The notes: generated by a model from the letters alone, not told the origin. A stretch of DNA of 64,000 bases from Candidatus Bathyarchaeota archaeon (GCA_963828195.1 CAWHDT010000001.1:32001-96000); one strand, 5' to 3'. Counted from the stretch's first letter, positions 18,314 through 28,181 are shown. Program-made: numbers and translations.

Positions 18314-19357
18314 TCAGAAATATTTTGAAATTCTCTTTATTGCTGCAACTGTAAGTTTAGCTGAGTTTTCAATGTCTTTTAGGCATAGCATACCGACTGG
18401 GCTGTGAATGTACCTTGTAGGTATGGATATGTTCCCACATGGAATTCCCTGCCTAGTAAGGGAAATTCTTGCTGCGTCAGTTGAGCCGAGCAAGCCTGTT
18501 TCAAGCTGAAAAGGGATTTTTTCTTCTTCCGCCGTTTCTAGAAGCCACCGTAAAACCTTGGGGTGAGTAATTAAGCCTGAATCTGAAATTGTCAACGAAG
18601 GACCTTTACCCATCTTAACGCTGGTGTCATATTCTCTTACGCCCGGAACGTCACCCGCAATAGTTACGTCCAACGCTATTGCTAATTCAGGGTCAACACC
18701 GAAAGCGGCTGTTGCGGCGCCCCGTAAGCCGACTTCCTCCTGAACGGTGCCGACAGCGCAGATTGTGTAGTCAGTTTTCTCCATCAATTTGAGGGCTTCA
18801 ACCATTGTAGCGCAACCAGCTCGGTTATCGAAGGCTTTACCGGTAACAACATCTCTGCCTAAAGGAACATATTTTATGTCAAACCCCACTGGGTCACCGA
18901 CTGCAACCCCTAGTGCCGTAGCATCTTCCTTGCTTTCGGCTCCAATGTCGATGAAAAGCTCATCGAAAGCTGTGACTTTTTTCCGCTCCTCTTCTTTCTG
19001 AATATGCGGTGGTTTTGAGCCGATAATGCCGGGAAAAGTTCCTTGTCTCGAAAAAACTGTGACTTTCTGAGCGGGTAAGATGCGATCATCTATTCCACCC
19101 ATTTTAGCGAATTGCAAAAAGCCGTCTTTAGTGATTGTTTTCACCATTAAGCCGACTTCGTCCATGTGAGCGGCAAGCATGATTTTTGGGGCGTCAGACT
19201 TCCCTTTTTTTATAGCGATAACGTTTTCAAGTTTATCAACAACTATCTGGTCTGCGTAAGGAGTCATCAGCCGAATCATTAATTCACTAACTTCGCTTTC
19301 TCTACCCGTTACTCCGCAGGCGTTTGACAATGATCCTAAAGTTTCGTTTAGCGTCAT
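18314..19357 (-). CDS. M42 family (TET-like) aminopeptidase
   Basis: 'AAHMDEVG', 'KAFDNR', 'QEEVGLRGA', 'TDA', 'RYIHSP'. Confidence 0.93.
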   Translation of the reverse strand: MTLNETLGSLSNACGVTGRESEVSELMIRLMTPYADQIVVDKLENVIAIKKGKSDAPKIMLAAHMDEVGLMVKTITKDGFLQFAKMGGIDDRILPAQKVTVFSRQGTFPGIIGSKPPHIQKEEERKKVTAFDELFIDIGAESKEDATALGVAVGDPVGFDIKYVPLGRDVVTGKAFDNRAGCATMVEALKLMEKTDYTICAVGTVQEEVGLRGAATAAFGVDPELAIALDVTIAGDVPGVREYDTSVKMGKGPSLTISDSGLITHPKVLRWLLETAEEEKIPFQLETGLLGSTDAARISLTRQGIPCGNISIPTRYIHSPVGMLCLKDIENSAKLTVAAIKRISKYF

Positions 19358-19637
19358 TACCTTTCCTTCTTTAAGATTGTTAACTAGAAGCCTAAGTTAT
19401 TAAATAATTTCGGTCAGTGAAGATGTTCAAGTTTTCAAGGCAAAAGTTAACCAACGAGGCAGCAACCCATGCTCATGTTCACAGAGTTAAACGGTTTTTC
19501 ACACACATGCGCCAAATATTATTTTTCATTAGAATCTGCGAAAAAACCACATTATTAAAATCAAAAGAAAAGGGGTAAATTCAACTGAAACGCTAAGCTT
19601 AAAAATCTGCTCACATAACTTTAGAGGGGGAACAAAC

Positions 19638-20516
19638 TTGGAACAGCAACCATTAAAAAAGATTGGAATTTTTAAATGCGGTAACATCGGTACCTCACCA
19701 AATCTTGAGCTCCTTCTTGACGAACTGGCTGACCGAAAAGACATCAAAGTTCGCGTTGTCACTACGGGATCAAAAATGAACCTTGACGATGTTGAGGATG
19801 CGTTTCCCAAAATTTTAGAATTCAACCCCGATATGATTGTCACAATATCGCCCAACACAGCTTTGCCCGGACCATCGAAAGCTAGAGAGCAGATTTCAAA
19901 AAGCCATCTGCCAGGAATTGTAATATCTGATTCTCCTGGAAAACGGGCAAAAGCGGAAATGGAAAGCCAAGGGCTAGGCTACCTAATCATCAGCGGTGAT
20001 CCGTTAATCGGCGCCAGAAAAGAATTCTTAGATCCAATTGAAATGGCAATATTCAACTCAAACATCAACAAAATACTTGCAATCACTGGCGTTTACAGGA
20101 TAGTTCAACAAGAAATTGACAAAGTAATTTATTCACTTGAAACTGGTCAAACTCCAGTTCTGCCCAAATTGGTAATAGACATGAATGCCGTCCGCGACAA
20201 TTCACCTTTCAGCAATCCCTATGCAAAAGCAAAGGCAATGGCTGCTTACGGCATGGCAGAGAAAGTTGCTGAGGTTGACACTCAAGCTTGCTTCATGGAG
20301 AAAGAGAGTGAAAAGTATATTCCTCTAGTCACCTGCGCGCATGAGATAGCTCAAGCAGCCGCGAGATTGGCTGAAGAGGCTCGTGAAATTGAGAAATACA
20401 ATGACAGCGTCCTTAGGAAACCTCACTCGAAAGACGGCAGGCAAAAAACTAAGAATAGACTGATGCTAGCGCCGACTTTCTCTGAAGAATTCTACGAGAA
20501 AAGCGGAGCACTTTAG
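19638..20516 (+). CDS. mtd: F420-dependent methylene-H4MPT dehydrogenase
   Basis: 'KCGNIGTS', 'LLLDELADRKDI', 'IGARKEFLDPIEMAIFN', 'NPYAKAKAMAA', 'AREIEK..D.V.R.PH..DG'. Confidence 0.9.
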   Translation: MEQQPLKKIGIFKCGNIGTSPNLELLLDELADRKDIKVRVVTTGSKMNLDDVEDAFPKILEFNPDMIVTISPNTALPGPSKAREQISKSHLPGIVISDSPGKRAKAEMESQGLGYLIISGDPLIGARKEFLDPIEMAIFNSNINKILAITGVYRIVQQEIDKVIYSLETGQTPVLPKLVIDMNAVRDNSPFSNPYAKAKAMAAYGMAEKVAEVDTQACFMEKESEKYIPLVTCAHEIAQAAARLAEEAREIEKYNDSVLRKPHSKDGRQKTKNRLMLAPTFSEEFYEKSGAL

Positions 20517-20734
20517 CCTCCTCTTTCATTTTTCGAGCACTTGTAAAATATGCTCGCAATTTAAAGAGGCGCTATTGCAAGTTTTTAATTTCTAACATTT
20601 ACTTTCGCTTTCAGGTTTTTTGTTGAATTCTGCGTTTACATAAATATTTCTGCGAAGGTTAATATTGGCGTTCGCTTTTTTTGTAAAACTGTTTATTTTA
20701 AAATTTTTAAAAAAAATCGAGGGAAAGGTTCATT

Positions 20735-20790
20735 GTATATATCGTATATACTCGCATATAGTGTATTGCGACTAAGTATATATTTTTAAA
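20735..20790 (+). promoter_or_regulatory. Putative operator (GTATATAC-based repeats) and TATA box of the MtdB fusion gene
   Basis: GTATATATCGTATATACTC at 20735-20753, TAAGTATATA at 20773-20782, then TTTTTAAA; the same motif recurs at 23581-23631. Confidence 0.55.
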
Positions 20791-20830
20791 CGATATGCAT
20801 GTATTATAAAAAACCAAGGAGATAAAAAAT

Positions 20831-22552
20831 ATGAAAGCACTTGAAGTTAAACCGCTTGAAAACAAGAATTTAACTGTAATGATACAGGAGAAAGAATACA
20901 ATGAGCCTTTCCAGCTTTTCGAATCTTCACAGCCAAAACAAAACATACTGCAAGCCCTCCAAAAACCCTCAATTGGTTTTTACAAATTTGTCGAGAATGT
21001 CGTTGCCAAAGTAAATATAGACTTCGTCACAGAAGAGCTAGGCAATAGAACTCAAAAAGAATTCTACCAAGATAACATCTTAGCAAACGTATTTCAAAAA
21101 AGCAACGTTCCTTTCTTCCCCGTTGACATAGACACCGAAGCCAAAACCTACATTGAATCTTCTTTTGAGAAAAAAATTGAATTAAGAGACAACATAATCA
21201 AAAACATAGAAAACCTAAGCAAACAGAAAAACAGCGATACCACAGAGAGAGACTACCTCATTGCGTACGGTCAGAGTTTGCAATCGGAAATAGAGGAACA
21301 AGAACGCGAAGTCAACTTCTCAATCAGAGAAAGCTGGATCGTCATGGGCATTATGGAACATGCAAGAGAAATCAAAAACAAAGACCAGATAACCTGCCTC
21401 TACGTTTGCAGCCCAGAGCATGTTACAGGAGTTAAGCAAATGCTAGAATCAGTTAACGCCAACGTGGAAATCGCGAAACTCTCAAAAAAGATAATGTCAA
21501 CTCAGGTTGAAACTCCCTCGTCACAGGAAATGGAAAACTGGCTCCAATCAATGCAGATTCAAGTTAAACCCATTGTCGGAAAAGCAGCTGACAAATCACC
21601 TTACTTGCTGTTCTACCTCGACACCGACGTTAAAGCAAGCCCATTTGACATTTGCATGGCATACGATGCAGGATACAACGCCGTCATTCCTTACGAGAAC
21701 ATCATTCCTGAAGACGTCAAAAGTATAGTGATGGATGCGTTACTCTCCAGAGGACCAAAAGCTGTTAAGCACACATGCTTTCTGATCGGAGGAAAAAACG
21801 CTGAAAGAGCCGAAAAAGTTTATGAAGTTATGAAAGATGCGATGTTCCCCCCATTCAAAGCAAGCATAATAGTTGACCCGGCCGGTGCATATACAACTGC
21901 CGCCGCAATGGTAGCAAAAGCTGAAAACGCGGTCGAAGCGAGCAAACTCGGAGAGTTAAAAACCAAAACGGTCGCTATCCTCGGCACAGGTGCTGTTGGA
22001 CAAATAGCTGCAGTTCTCTTAGCTAAAATGGGATGCAATGTAATGATTGCCAGTCTTAATCCGAAACGCGTTGATGGAAAAGAACATGCTGAAGGAATAT
22101 CTAAACTTCTTGCAAGAGATCATGGCGTCCAAGTTGAAGGGATCTTCGCTCCAACTCCAGCTTCGAAAATTGAGATCATAAAGAAAGCCGATGTAGTGAT
22201 GTGCGCAGGAGTAATGGGTGTTCGAATCATAGACAAAGAAATGCTAAATGAAGTCAAAACCATGAAGGTTCTACTTGACATAAACGCTGTACCGCCATTC
22301 GGAGTTGAAGGAATAGAATTAAAAGATGACATGAAAGAAATGCTGCCTGGAATTTTTACAATTGGAGCACTGACAGTTGGAGATCTGAAACATAAACTTG
22401 AAAAAGAAATTCTGCGCGATGCATTAGCCAACGGAAAAGAAGTCTATAACTTCAACAGTGATTTGCCACTTGCACGAAAACTGCTACAGAAAGATCTGTT
22501 CCCCACAAAGTTGGCGCTAACTCTCAACTATCCAACCGTTAAAAAATCCTAA
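20831..22552 (+). CDS. mtdB: Fusion: ~250-aa unknown N-terminal domain plus NAD(P)-dependent methylene-H4MPT dehydrogenase (MtdB-like)
   Basis: C-terminal half has 'SPFDICMAYDAG', 'SRGP', 'IGG', 'MFPPF', 'DPAGAYTTAAAMVA', Rossmann 'GTGAVG', 'DINAVPPFG', 'IGALTVGDLK'. Confidence 0.85.
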   Translation: MKALEVKPLENKNLTVMIQEKEYNEPFQLFESSQPKQNILQALQKPSIGFYKFVENVVAKVNIDFVTEELGNRTQKEFYQDNILANVFQKSNVPFFPVDIDTEAKTYIESSFEKKIELRDNIIKNIENLSKQKNSDTTERDYLIAYGQSLQSEIEEQEREVNFSIRESWIVMGIMEHAREIKNKDQITCLYVCSPEHVTGVKQMLESVNANVEIAKLSKKIMSTQVETPSSQEMENWLQSMQIQVKPIVGKAADKSPYLLFYLDTDVKASPFDICMAYDAGYNAVIPYENIIPEDVKSIVMDALLSRGPKAVKHTCFLIGGKNAERAEKVYEVMKDAMFPPFKASIIVDPAGAYTTAAAMVAKAENAVEASKLGELKTKTVAILGTGAVGQIAAVLLAKMGCNVMIASLNPKRVDGKEHAEGISKLLARDHGVQVEGIFAPTPASKIEIIKKADVVMCAGVMGVRIIDKEMLNEVKTMKVLLDINAVPPFGVEGIELKDDMKEMLPGIFTIGALTVGDLKHKLEKEILRDALANGKEVYNFNSDLPLARKLLQKDLFPTKLALTLNYPTVKKS

Positions 22553-23565
22553 ACACCTACGCTAAACGCGCGATTTATCGCGATCTCAGCTATGTTTGCG
22601 GCACAGTCCGCAATTCTTTTTATATTATCTCTCACAGAGCAGATTGCGCATACCAATTGCTCATTTTTTTGTTTTTCGGCGAATGCTTTAGCAGCTATTT
22701 CCTGATCCAACTTCGCAATTCCTTGTCTTTGCCTCAGTATCTCAATTGATTTCGTGAAATCCTTCAAAAAGAAAGTGTCCACTGCCTTTACATATAAATT
22801 CACAGCTTCATTTCCTGCGATGCACATTAGCTCTAATACGTTCTCGGGGATGTTTAGTTGGCTTCCGTCAAGCATTATTACGTCCCGCGCTACATCCGCT
22901 GAATTATCTGCTACCTCCCGCATCATGTAAACTAAGGTTTGGTAATCCATACATTCTAGCGGATCAATGCGAAACTCATTTGCCAAAGCAGCATCTTGAG
23001 CTGCATTACGTAGAACCCGAATAAGAAAATACGCAAAATGATATACATCACTGTCGAGGGAGAAAACAGCTTTGGCCAAGGGCACATCTTTGGTTTTTAG
23101 AGATCTAATTGCATCCTCCCCAATTGACTGAGAGATCATATGCATTCTCTGCACAGTTTGTTTTAAATCCGCCTTTGTTTCATCCATTAAGGTTTGGATG
23201 AAAACACCCTTAGAGTTAGACTCCATAATTCTCATGTACAGCATCCCTGCAATTTTACGGATTGCTTTTATCTGGGGAATGGAAAAAACTTTTTCCGAGA
23301 TAAGGGTGATTCCACTGTTTCCGTTTAAGTAGCTGCCTACGATCTTCATCGTTATTACCAGTTCATCTTCATTGGGGTCAATGCGGAGCGTTGTCTCTTT
23401 TGTTGTTGTCTTTTTCTTAGCGACAGGATAAATAACCAGGGAGCGGTCGCGTTGAATGGCGAATGAAACTACATCTCCTTTATTTAATTCGTTTAGCTGC
23501 ATCCAGTTTTTAGGGAGAGAAATTACCAGAGAAGACCTGCCGAGGGACATAACTCTACGTTCCAT
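22549..23565 (-). CDS. AbrB-PhoU family regulator (archaeal phosphate-uptake-regulator architecture)
   Basis: N-terminal 'RRVMSLGRSSLVISLPKNW...LNKGD' AbrB domain and two PhoU-like helical repeats ('IKRIADCAANIAEIA'); ATG 23565 follows the RBS AGGTTGAGG. Confidence 0.85.
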   Translation of the reverse strand: MERRVMSLGRSSLVISLPKNWMQLNELNKGDVVSFAIQRDRSLVIYPVAKKKTTTKETTLRIDPNEDELVITMKIVGSYLNGNSGITLISEKVFSIPQIKAIRKIAGMLYMRIMESNSKGVFIQTLMDETKADLKQTVQRMHMISQSIGEDAIRSLKTKDVPLAKAVFSLDSDVYHFAYFLIRVLRNAAQDAALANEFRIDPLECMDYQTLVYMMREVADNSADVARDVIMLDGSQLNIPENVLELMCIAGNEAVNLYVKAVDTFFLKDFTKSIEILRQRQGIAKLDQEIAAKAFAEKQKNEQLVCAICSVRDNIKRIADCAANIAEIAINRAFSVGV

Positions 23566-23580
23566 AATATTCCTCAACCT

Positions 23581-23631
23581 TAGTATATACTCATCATGAA
23601 TCATATAAATTAAGTATATACGAATATACTC
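23581..23631 (-). promoter_or_regulatory. Putative autoregulatory operator and TATA box of the AbrB-PhoU gene
   Basis: GTATATAC at 23583-23590 and 23614-23621 flank minus-strand TTTATATG (23602-23609). Confidence 0.55.
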
Positions 23632-23793
23632 ACAGTTATCCTAACCGTCGAAACCACATGAAACCACAATTTCAGAAAAACAATTGTCGTTCTACGCAGT
23701 GTCTAAAAGCAGGCAGACATCGGTCCCACTGCACAGCAGATTACTTGAAGAAAATAACTTTTCATAGTTTCGGCAGGTTTAGTTGGTTCAAGT

Positions 23794-24963
23794 CTACTTA
23801 AAAGCGCGTTCCATTCTGTCACAAGCTTCCCGGATCTTTTCTTTGGGCTGAGTTAAGGCAAATCGAACATGACTTTCTCCGCATTCACCGAAACCAGTTC
23901 CAGGCGTGACAACCACTCCAGCATTCAGCATTTTGCTCGTGAAGTCCATCGAATTGAAGTTGCCGTTTACCCAAAGATAGAAAGTGGCTTTTGGTTTCTC
24001 GCATTTGAAGCCTAATGAGCATAATCGTTCCACAAGCACATCACGCCTCTCTTTGTAAATGTGGTTATTTTTTTTCAAAAAATCGGGCTGTTCTCTGTTC
24101 TTGTAGCTTTGAAGGGCCTTGACCGCTACTTTTTGAATGTAAACAGGTGGTCCGGAATCAATTTGCGACTTGACTTTAGTTAAGCCAGCGACGAGCTGCT
24201 TGTTTCCGACAGCAAAACCTATACGATCGCCTGTCATGTTGAAAGTTTTTGAAAGCGAGTGAAACTCGATAGCAACATCCATGGCGCCATCGACCTCCAG
24301 AATGCTGGGTGCGCGGTAGCCATCGTAGGTGATTTCTGAGTAGGCGTTATCATAGCAAAGGATTATGTTGTTGTCTTTAGCGAAGTCTACTGCTGCTTTG
24401 AGAAATTTCGTGTCAACGGTTGCTGCTGTGGGATTATTTGGATAATTTAGAAACATCATCTTTACATTATTTGTCTTTACAGCTTCAAAATCTGGCGTAA
24501 AGCCTTTTTCCTCAAGAAGTGGCAGTGGCACCGATATGCCGTCGCAAAGGATTGTGCTACCATTGGCATACACTGGGTAAGCTGGGTCGGGAACTAACAC
24601 TCGGTCGCCCGGGTTTATGAACGCTCGGGCAATGTTCGCTATACCTTCTTTTGAGCCTAAAAGCGCAATCACCTGGTCCTGCTGCAGGTCAACAGTGAAT
24701 CGCTTCTTGTACCATTCGGCAACTGCTCCTCGAAAGTCCGGTTCGCCTTGGCTAAATGAGTAGTTGTGGTTCTTTGGGTTAGCTGCCTCTTCTTTGAGCG
24801 AGTCTATGACAAAGCTTGGCGGCGGAAGGTCTGGGTCACCGATGCTAAGTGAAATTAGGTCAATGCCTTGAGCCCTTTTTTGCTTAATTATTCTCTCAAT
24901 TTCAGCGAACATATACGGAGGCAATCGCGTTATTCGCCCAGCATAATCAAATGTCATATTCAT
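23794..24963 (-). CDS. dapL: LL-diaminopimelate aminotransferase
   Basis: Class I PLP motifs 'IGDPD', 'NYPNNPT', 'DNAY', 'SLSKTFNMTGDRIG'; last gene of the dap operon. Confidence 0.85.
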   Translation of the reverse strand: MNMTFDYAGRITRLPPYMFAEIERIIKQKRAQGIDLISLSIGDPDLPPPSFVIDSLKEEAANPKNHNYSFSQGEPDFRGAVAEWYKKRFTVDLQQDQVIALLGSKEGIANIARAFINPGDRVLVPDPAYPVYANGSTILCDGISVPLPLLEEKGFTPDFEAVKTNNVKMMFLNYPNNPTAATVDTKFLKAAVDFAKDNNIILCYDNAYSEITYDGYRAPSILEVDGAMDVAIEFHSLSKTFNMTGDRIGFAVGNKQLVAGLTKVKSQIDSGPPVYIQKVAVKALQSYKNREQPDFLKKNNHIYKERRDVLVERLCSLGFKCEKPKATFYLWVNGNFNSMDFTSKMLNAGVVVTPGTGFGECGESHVRFALTQPKEKIREACDRMERAFK

Positions 24964-25793
24964 ACTTCTCCAAACAGCGCACCCTTAAACACTTTTTCGG
25001 CTCCCCCGCTTAAAAATAAGCTTTTAGCCACTTCAATCTGCAAGTCTCCGCCCAGCACATGAACGACAACTTTTTTTCCGACTTTTCCAAGCTTGTTTGC
25101 AACAGCCACAGCAGCACACGCACCCGTCCCGCACGCTAAAGTCTCACCGCAGCCTCTTTCCCAAACGCGAACTTTCAACTCATTAGGGCTTAAGACTTGA
25201 ACGAAGCCTACATTGGTTCTTTTTGGAAAGCCACTATGGTTCTCAATTTTTCGTCCTATTTGCTCTACTGGAAAATCGTCTAGGTCGTCAACGAATATTA
25301 TGCAGTGCGGATTACCCATTGAAATGCACGTAATCTTGAAGGTCTGATCGTCAATGTCCAAGCTTTCGTTGATGCATGTCCCTTGTCCAATCATTGGGAG
25401 GGAGCATCTTTCCCAGTTTGGCGAGCCCATATCCACCTTGACAGCACTAACTTCATGATGCTGCAGAGTTAACCAAACAGCCTTTATCCCAGACATGGTC
25501 TCAACAAAAAAAGCGTTCTTCTTAACAACACCGTTTTCGTAGCAGTACTTGGCAAAGCATCGTATCCCGTTGCCACACATTTCTGCTTCACTGCCGTCAG
25601 CGTTAAAAATCCGCATTTTAACATCAGCCACCGTGGAGGTTGAAACCAGCAAAAGACCATCTGCTCCAACAGAAAAGTGTCTCTCGCAGAGCTTCTTAGC
25701 TAAGTCTGCAGCTTGCTTACTGCTGAACTTCTCTTCTCTGTTGTCGATAACTACGTAATCGTTGCCTAAACCATGCATTTTCCAGAAAAGCAT
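24960..25793 (-). CDS. dapF: Diaminopimelate epimerase
   Basis: 'KMHGLGNDY', 'EMCGNGIRC', 'GNPHC', 'ERGCGETLACGTG'; ATG overlaps the lysA stop. Confidence 0.96.
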   Translation of the reverse strand: MLFWKMHGLGNDYVVIDNREEKFSSKQAADLAKKLCERHFSVGADGLLLVSTSTVADVKMRIFNADGSEAEMCGNGIRCFAKYCYENGVVKKNAFFVETMSGIKAVWLTLQHHEVSAVKVDMGSPNWERCSLPMIGQGTCINESLDIDDQTFKITCISMGNPHCIIFVDDLDDFPVEQIGRKIENHSGFPKRTNVGFVQVLSPNELKVRVWERGCGETLACGTGACAAVAVANKLGKVGKKVVVHVLGGDLQIEVAKSLFLSGGAEKVFKGALFGEV

Positions 25794-27103
25794 CAAGGGC
25801 ACTCTGCCATTCGCTGATTAGCGGTTAAATTATCAAGTTGCTCTCGCTCTCTAATAACCAACGGTTTGCCTTGCCTAATCAAAACTTCTTCAGCTCGTGG
25901 CCGTGCATTATACTGTGAACTCATGCTGAAACCGTATGCGCCAACGTTCAAAACTGCTAGCAAATCACCTTCTTCAACAACAGGCAGCTCTCGGTCTTTA
26001 GCTAAGGCGTCGCCTGACTCACAGATTGGACCAACCACATCGCAGATTTCCTTATTGGTTGCTCCAAGCTTATTGGCGACCAGTATTGGATGGTAGGAAC
26101 CGTACATTGTGGGTCTGACAAGCGTGTTGAAGCCAGCGTCCACGCCGACGAATTTTTTTGAAGGCGTAACCTTAACCGTATTAACTGTTGTTAAGAGGAT
26201 GCTTGCATCACAGACCAAATACCTGCCGGGTTCAACACACAAAAATGGTTTACCGAGACCATACTCGGCGACTTTACCTTTGAAAGGCGCCACTACTTTT
26301 GAAGCAAATTCAGCCAAATCGAATTCTTGATCCTCAGGCTTGTAAGGAACCCCAAAACCGCCACCAATATCGATAAATTCGAATTCTAGCCCAACCTCAT
26401 CATGAACCCGCTTAGCTATACTTAACAGCTTATCCACTGCCAAAACGTAAGGTTCAACATCAAGAATACCCGACCCTATGTGCATGTGAATACCGAAGCG
26501 TTCCACTCTTGCCCTCTTAGCAATCGCGTAAGCCTGAATCGTCTCTTCTTCCCAAAGCCCAAATTTCGAGTCTGGACCAGCCGTTATGCAGTGGCTGTGA
26601 TGACCAGCGCCGACTTCGGGGTTAACGCGCACCGACAAAATCTGTGGCACAGCAATCTTTAGCAGCCTATCGAGCTCTGATTGAGAATCCACGTTTACGG
26701 TGACATTGGCATCTGTTAGCATTTTTAACTCATCGTTTCTCACGCTGGTTCCAGTAAACATTATTCGGTCCTGCGAGTAACCGCTGATTAAGCCCATGAA
26801 CACTTCGCCGGGGCTAACAGTGTCCAAATATGCACCTTGTGACTGAAGAATCTTGAGCACCGTAAGGTTAGAGTTTGCTTTTGCAGCATAATAAATTCTA
26901 ACGTACTTGTAGTTGCGAACTAACGCGTCATAAATCCGATTGTAATTATCTCTGATGCGTTTCTCGCTTATGACGTATAAGGGCGTATCGTATTTTTCAG
27001 CCAATTCCTTAACTGAAACACCATCGAAGAACAAGTTGCCTTTCCGATCCTCCAATGGTTCACGAAGCTTTCTTGTCTTAACCATCTTGCACACCCAACC
27101 CAA
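25793..27103 (-). CDS. lysA: Diaminopimelate decarboxylase
   Basis: 'YAAKAN', 'SKFG', 'HMHIGS', 'EPGRYLV', 'GPICESGD', 'GAYG'. Confidence 0.96.
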   Translation of the reverse strand: MGWVCKMVKTRKLREPLEDRKGNLFFDGVSVKELAEKYDTPLYVISEKRIRDNYNRIYDALVRNYKYVRIYYAAKANSNLTVLKILQSQGAYLDTVSPGEVFMGLISGYSQDRIMFTGTSVRNDELKMLTDANVTVNVDSQSELDRLLKIAVPQILSVRVNPEVGAGHHSHCITAGPDSKFGLWEEETIQAYAIAKRARVERFGIHMHIGSGILDVEPYVLAVDKLLSIAKRVHDEVGLEFEFIDIGGGFGVPYKPEDQEFDLAEFASKVVAPFKGKVAEYGLGKPFLCVEPGRYLVCDASILLTTVNTVKVTPSKKFVGVDAGFNTLVRPTMYGSYHPILVANKLGATNKEICDVVGPICESGDALAKDRELPVVEEGDLLAVLNVGAYGFSMSSQYNARPRAEEVLIRQGKPLVIREREQLDNLTANQRMAECP

Positions 27104-27122
27104 TTGTTTATTGTTTAAGAAT

Positions 27123-28181
27123 TTAAGCTAAGCCTTTAGCAACGAACAACTCAGCGCTAAGTATCCCTGCGCCTGCACCGCCGCGAACCGTATTATGCCC
27201 AAGACACATATACTTGAAAGTCATAATTGGGTCCTTCCTTATTCGCCCAACTACAACACTCATGCCGCATCCTGTGTCACGGTCGAAACGTGGCTGAGGC
27301 CTATTTTTCTCACATCGAACCACAATGGGCTTCGCTGGGGCAGACGGCAACTTTAGTTTTTGCGGTTCACCGCTAAAGTTGGCAAATGAGGTCTCGATTT
27401 CTTTTAAGGAAGGATCCTCTGACAACTTTATGAAAACAGATTCCAGATGCCCGTCCTTAACGTGGACTCTGTTGCAACTTGCGCTAACAGTGAAATCAGC
27501 ATTCTTCACTGCTTTACCGTTGAAGGTTCCCAATATCTTTAGAGCTTCAGCTTCCATCTTCTCTTCCTCGCCTGAGATGAAGGGAACAACGTTGTCTATT
27601 ATATCTAGTGATGCAACACCGGGGTATCCTGCCCCGCTAAGCGCCTGCATAGTTGAGACAATAATTTGCTTTAGACCAAACTGCATCAAAGGCTTCAGCG
27701 TAATTGCAAGTTGGATGGTGCTACAGTTGGGGTCAGTTGTTATGAACCCTTTCCAGCCCCTTAATTTCTGCTGAACCTTAACTAAATCAGCATGGTCAGG
27801 GTTAATTTCTGGAATGATCAAAGGAACATCTTTTTCCATGCGGTGCGCGCTTGCTTTGCTGAAAACCGGATAAAGCGCCGCGAATTCGGATTCAACCGGA
27901 CCCGCCAAGTCACCTGGAAGAGACGAAAACACCAAATCCACGTCCCCTGCCTTCTCCACTGATTCCACATCAGCGTTTGCCACGGACATTTCTGCAATCT
28001 CCTTAGGCAAGTTTGACTCCATAACCCAGTTGCAAGCATCCCCGTATTTTTTTCCTGCTGACCGCTCTGAAGCAGCAATCACCTCTATTTGGAACCATGG
28101 GTGCCCCTGTAACAGTTGAATGTACCGTTGCCCAACCGCTCCGGTTGCGCCTAATATGGCTACCTTACGCTTCATCGACAT
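27123..28181 (-). CDS. asd: Aspartate-semialdehyde dehydrogenase
   Basis: 'GATGAVGQR', 'PNCST', 'QALSGAG', 'HNTVRGGAG'. Confidence 0.96.
   Translation of the reverse strand: MSMKRKVAILGATGAVGQRYIQLLQGHPWFQIEVIAASERSAGKKYGDACNWVMESNLPKEIAEMSVANADVESVEKAGDVDLVFSSLPGDLAGPVESEFAALYPVFSKASAHRMEKDVPLIIPEINPDHADLVKVQQKLRGWKGFITTDPNCSTIQLAITLKPLMQFGLKQIIVSTMQALSGAGYPGVASLDIIDNVVPFISGEEEKMEAEALKILGTFNGKAVKNADFTVSASCNRVHVKDGHLESVFIKLSEDPSLKEIETSFANFSGEPQKLKLPSAPAKPIVVRCEKNRPQPRFDRDTGCGMSVVVGRIRKDPIMTFKYMCLGHNTVRGGAGAGILSAELFVAKGLA

Noticed and set aside
20560-20830. Replication origin in the AT-rich spacer
   Set aside because: No ORB-like G-string repeats and no cdc6/orc1 nearby; better explained as a promoter/operator region
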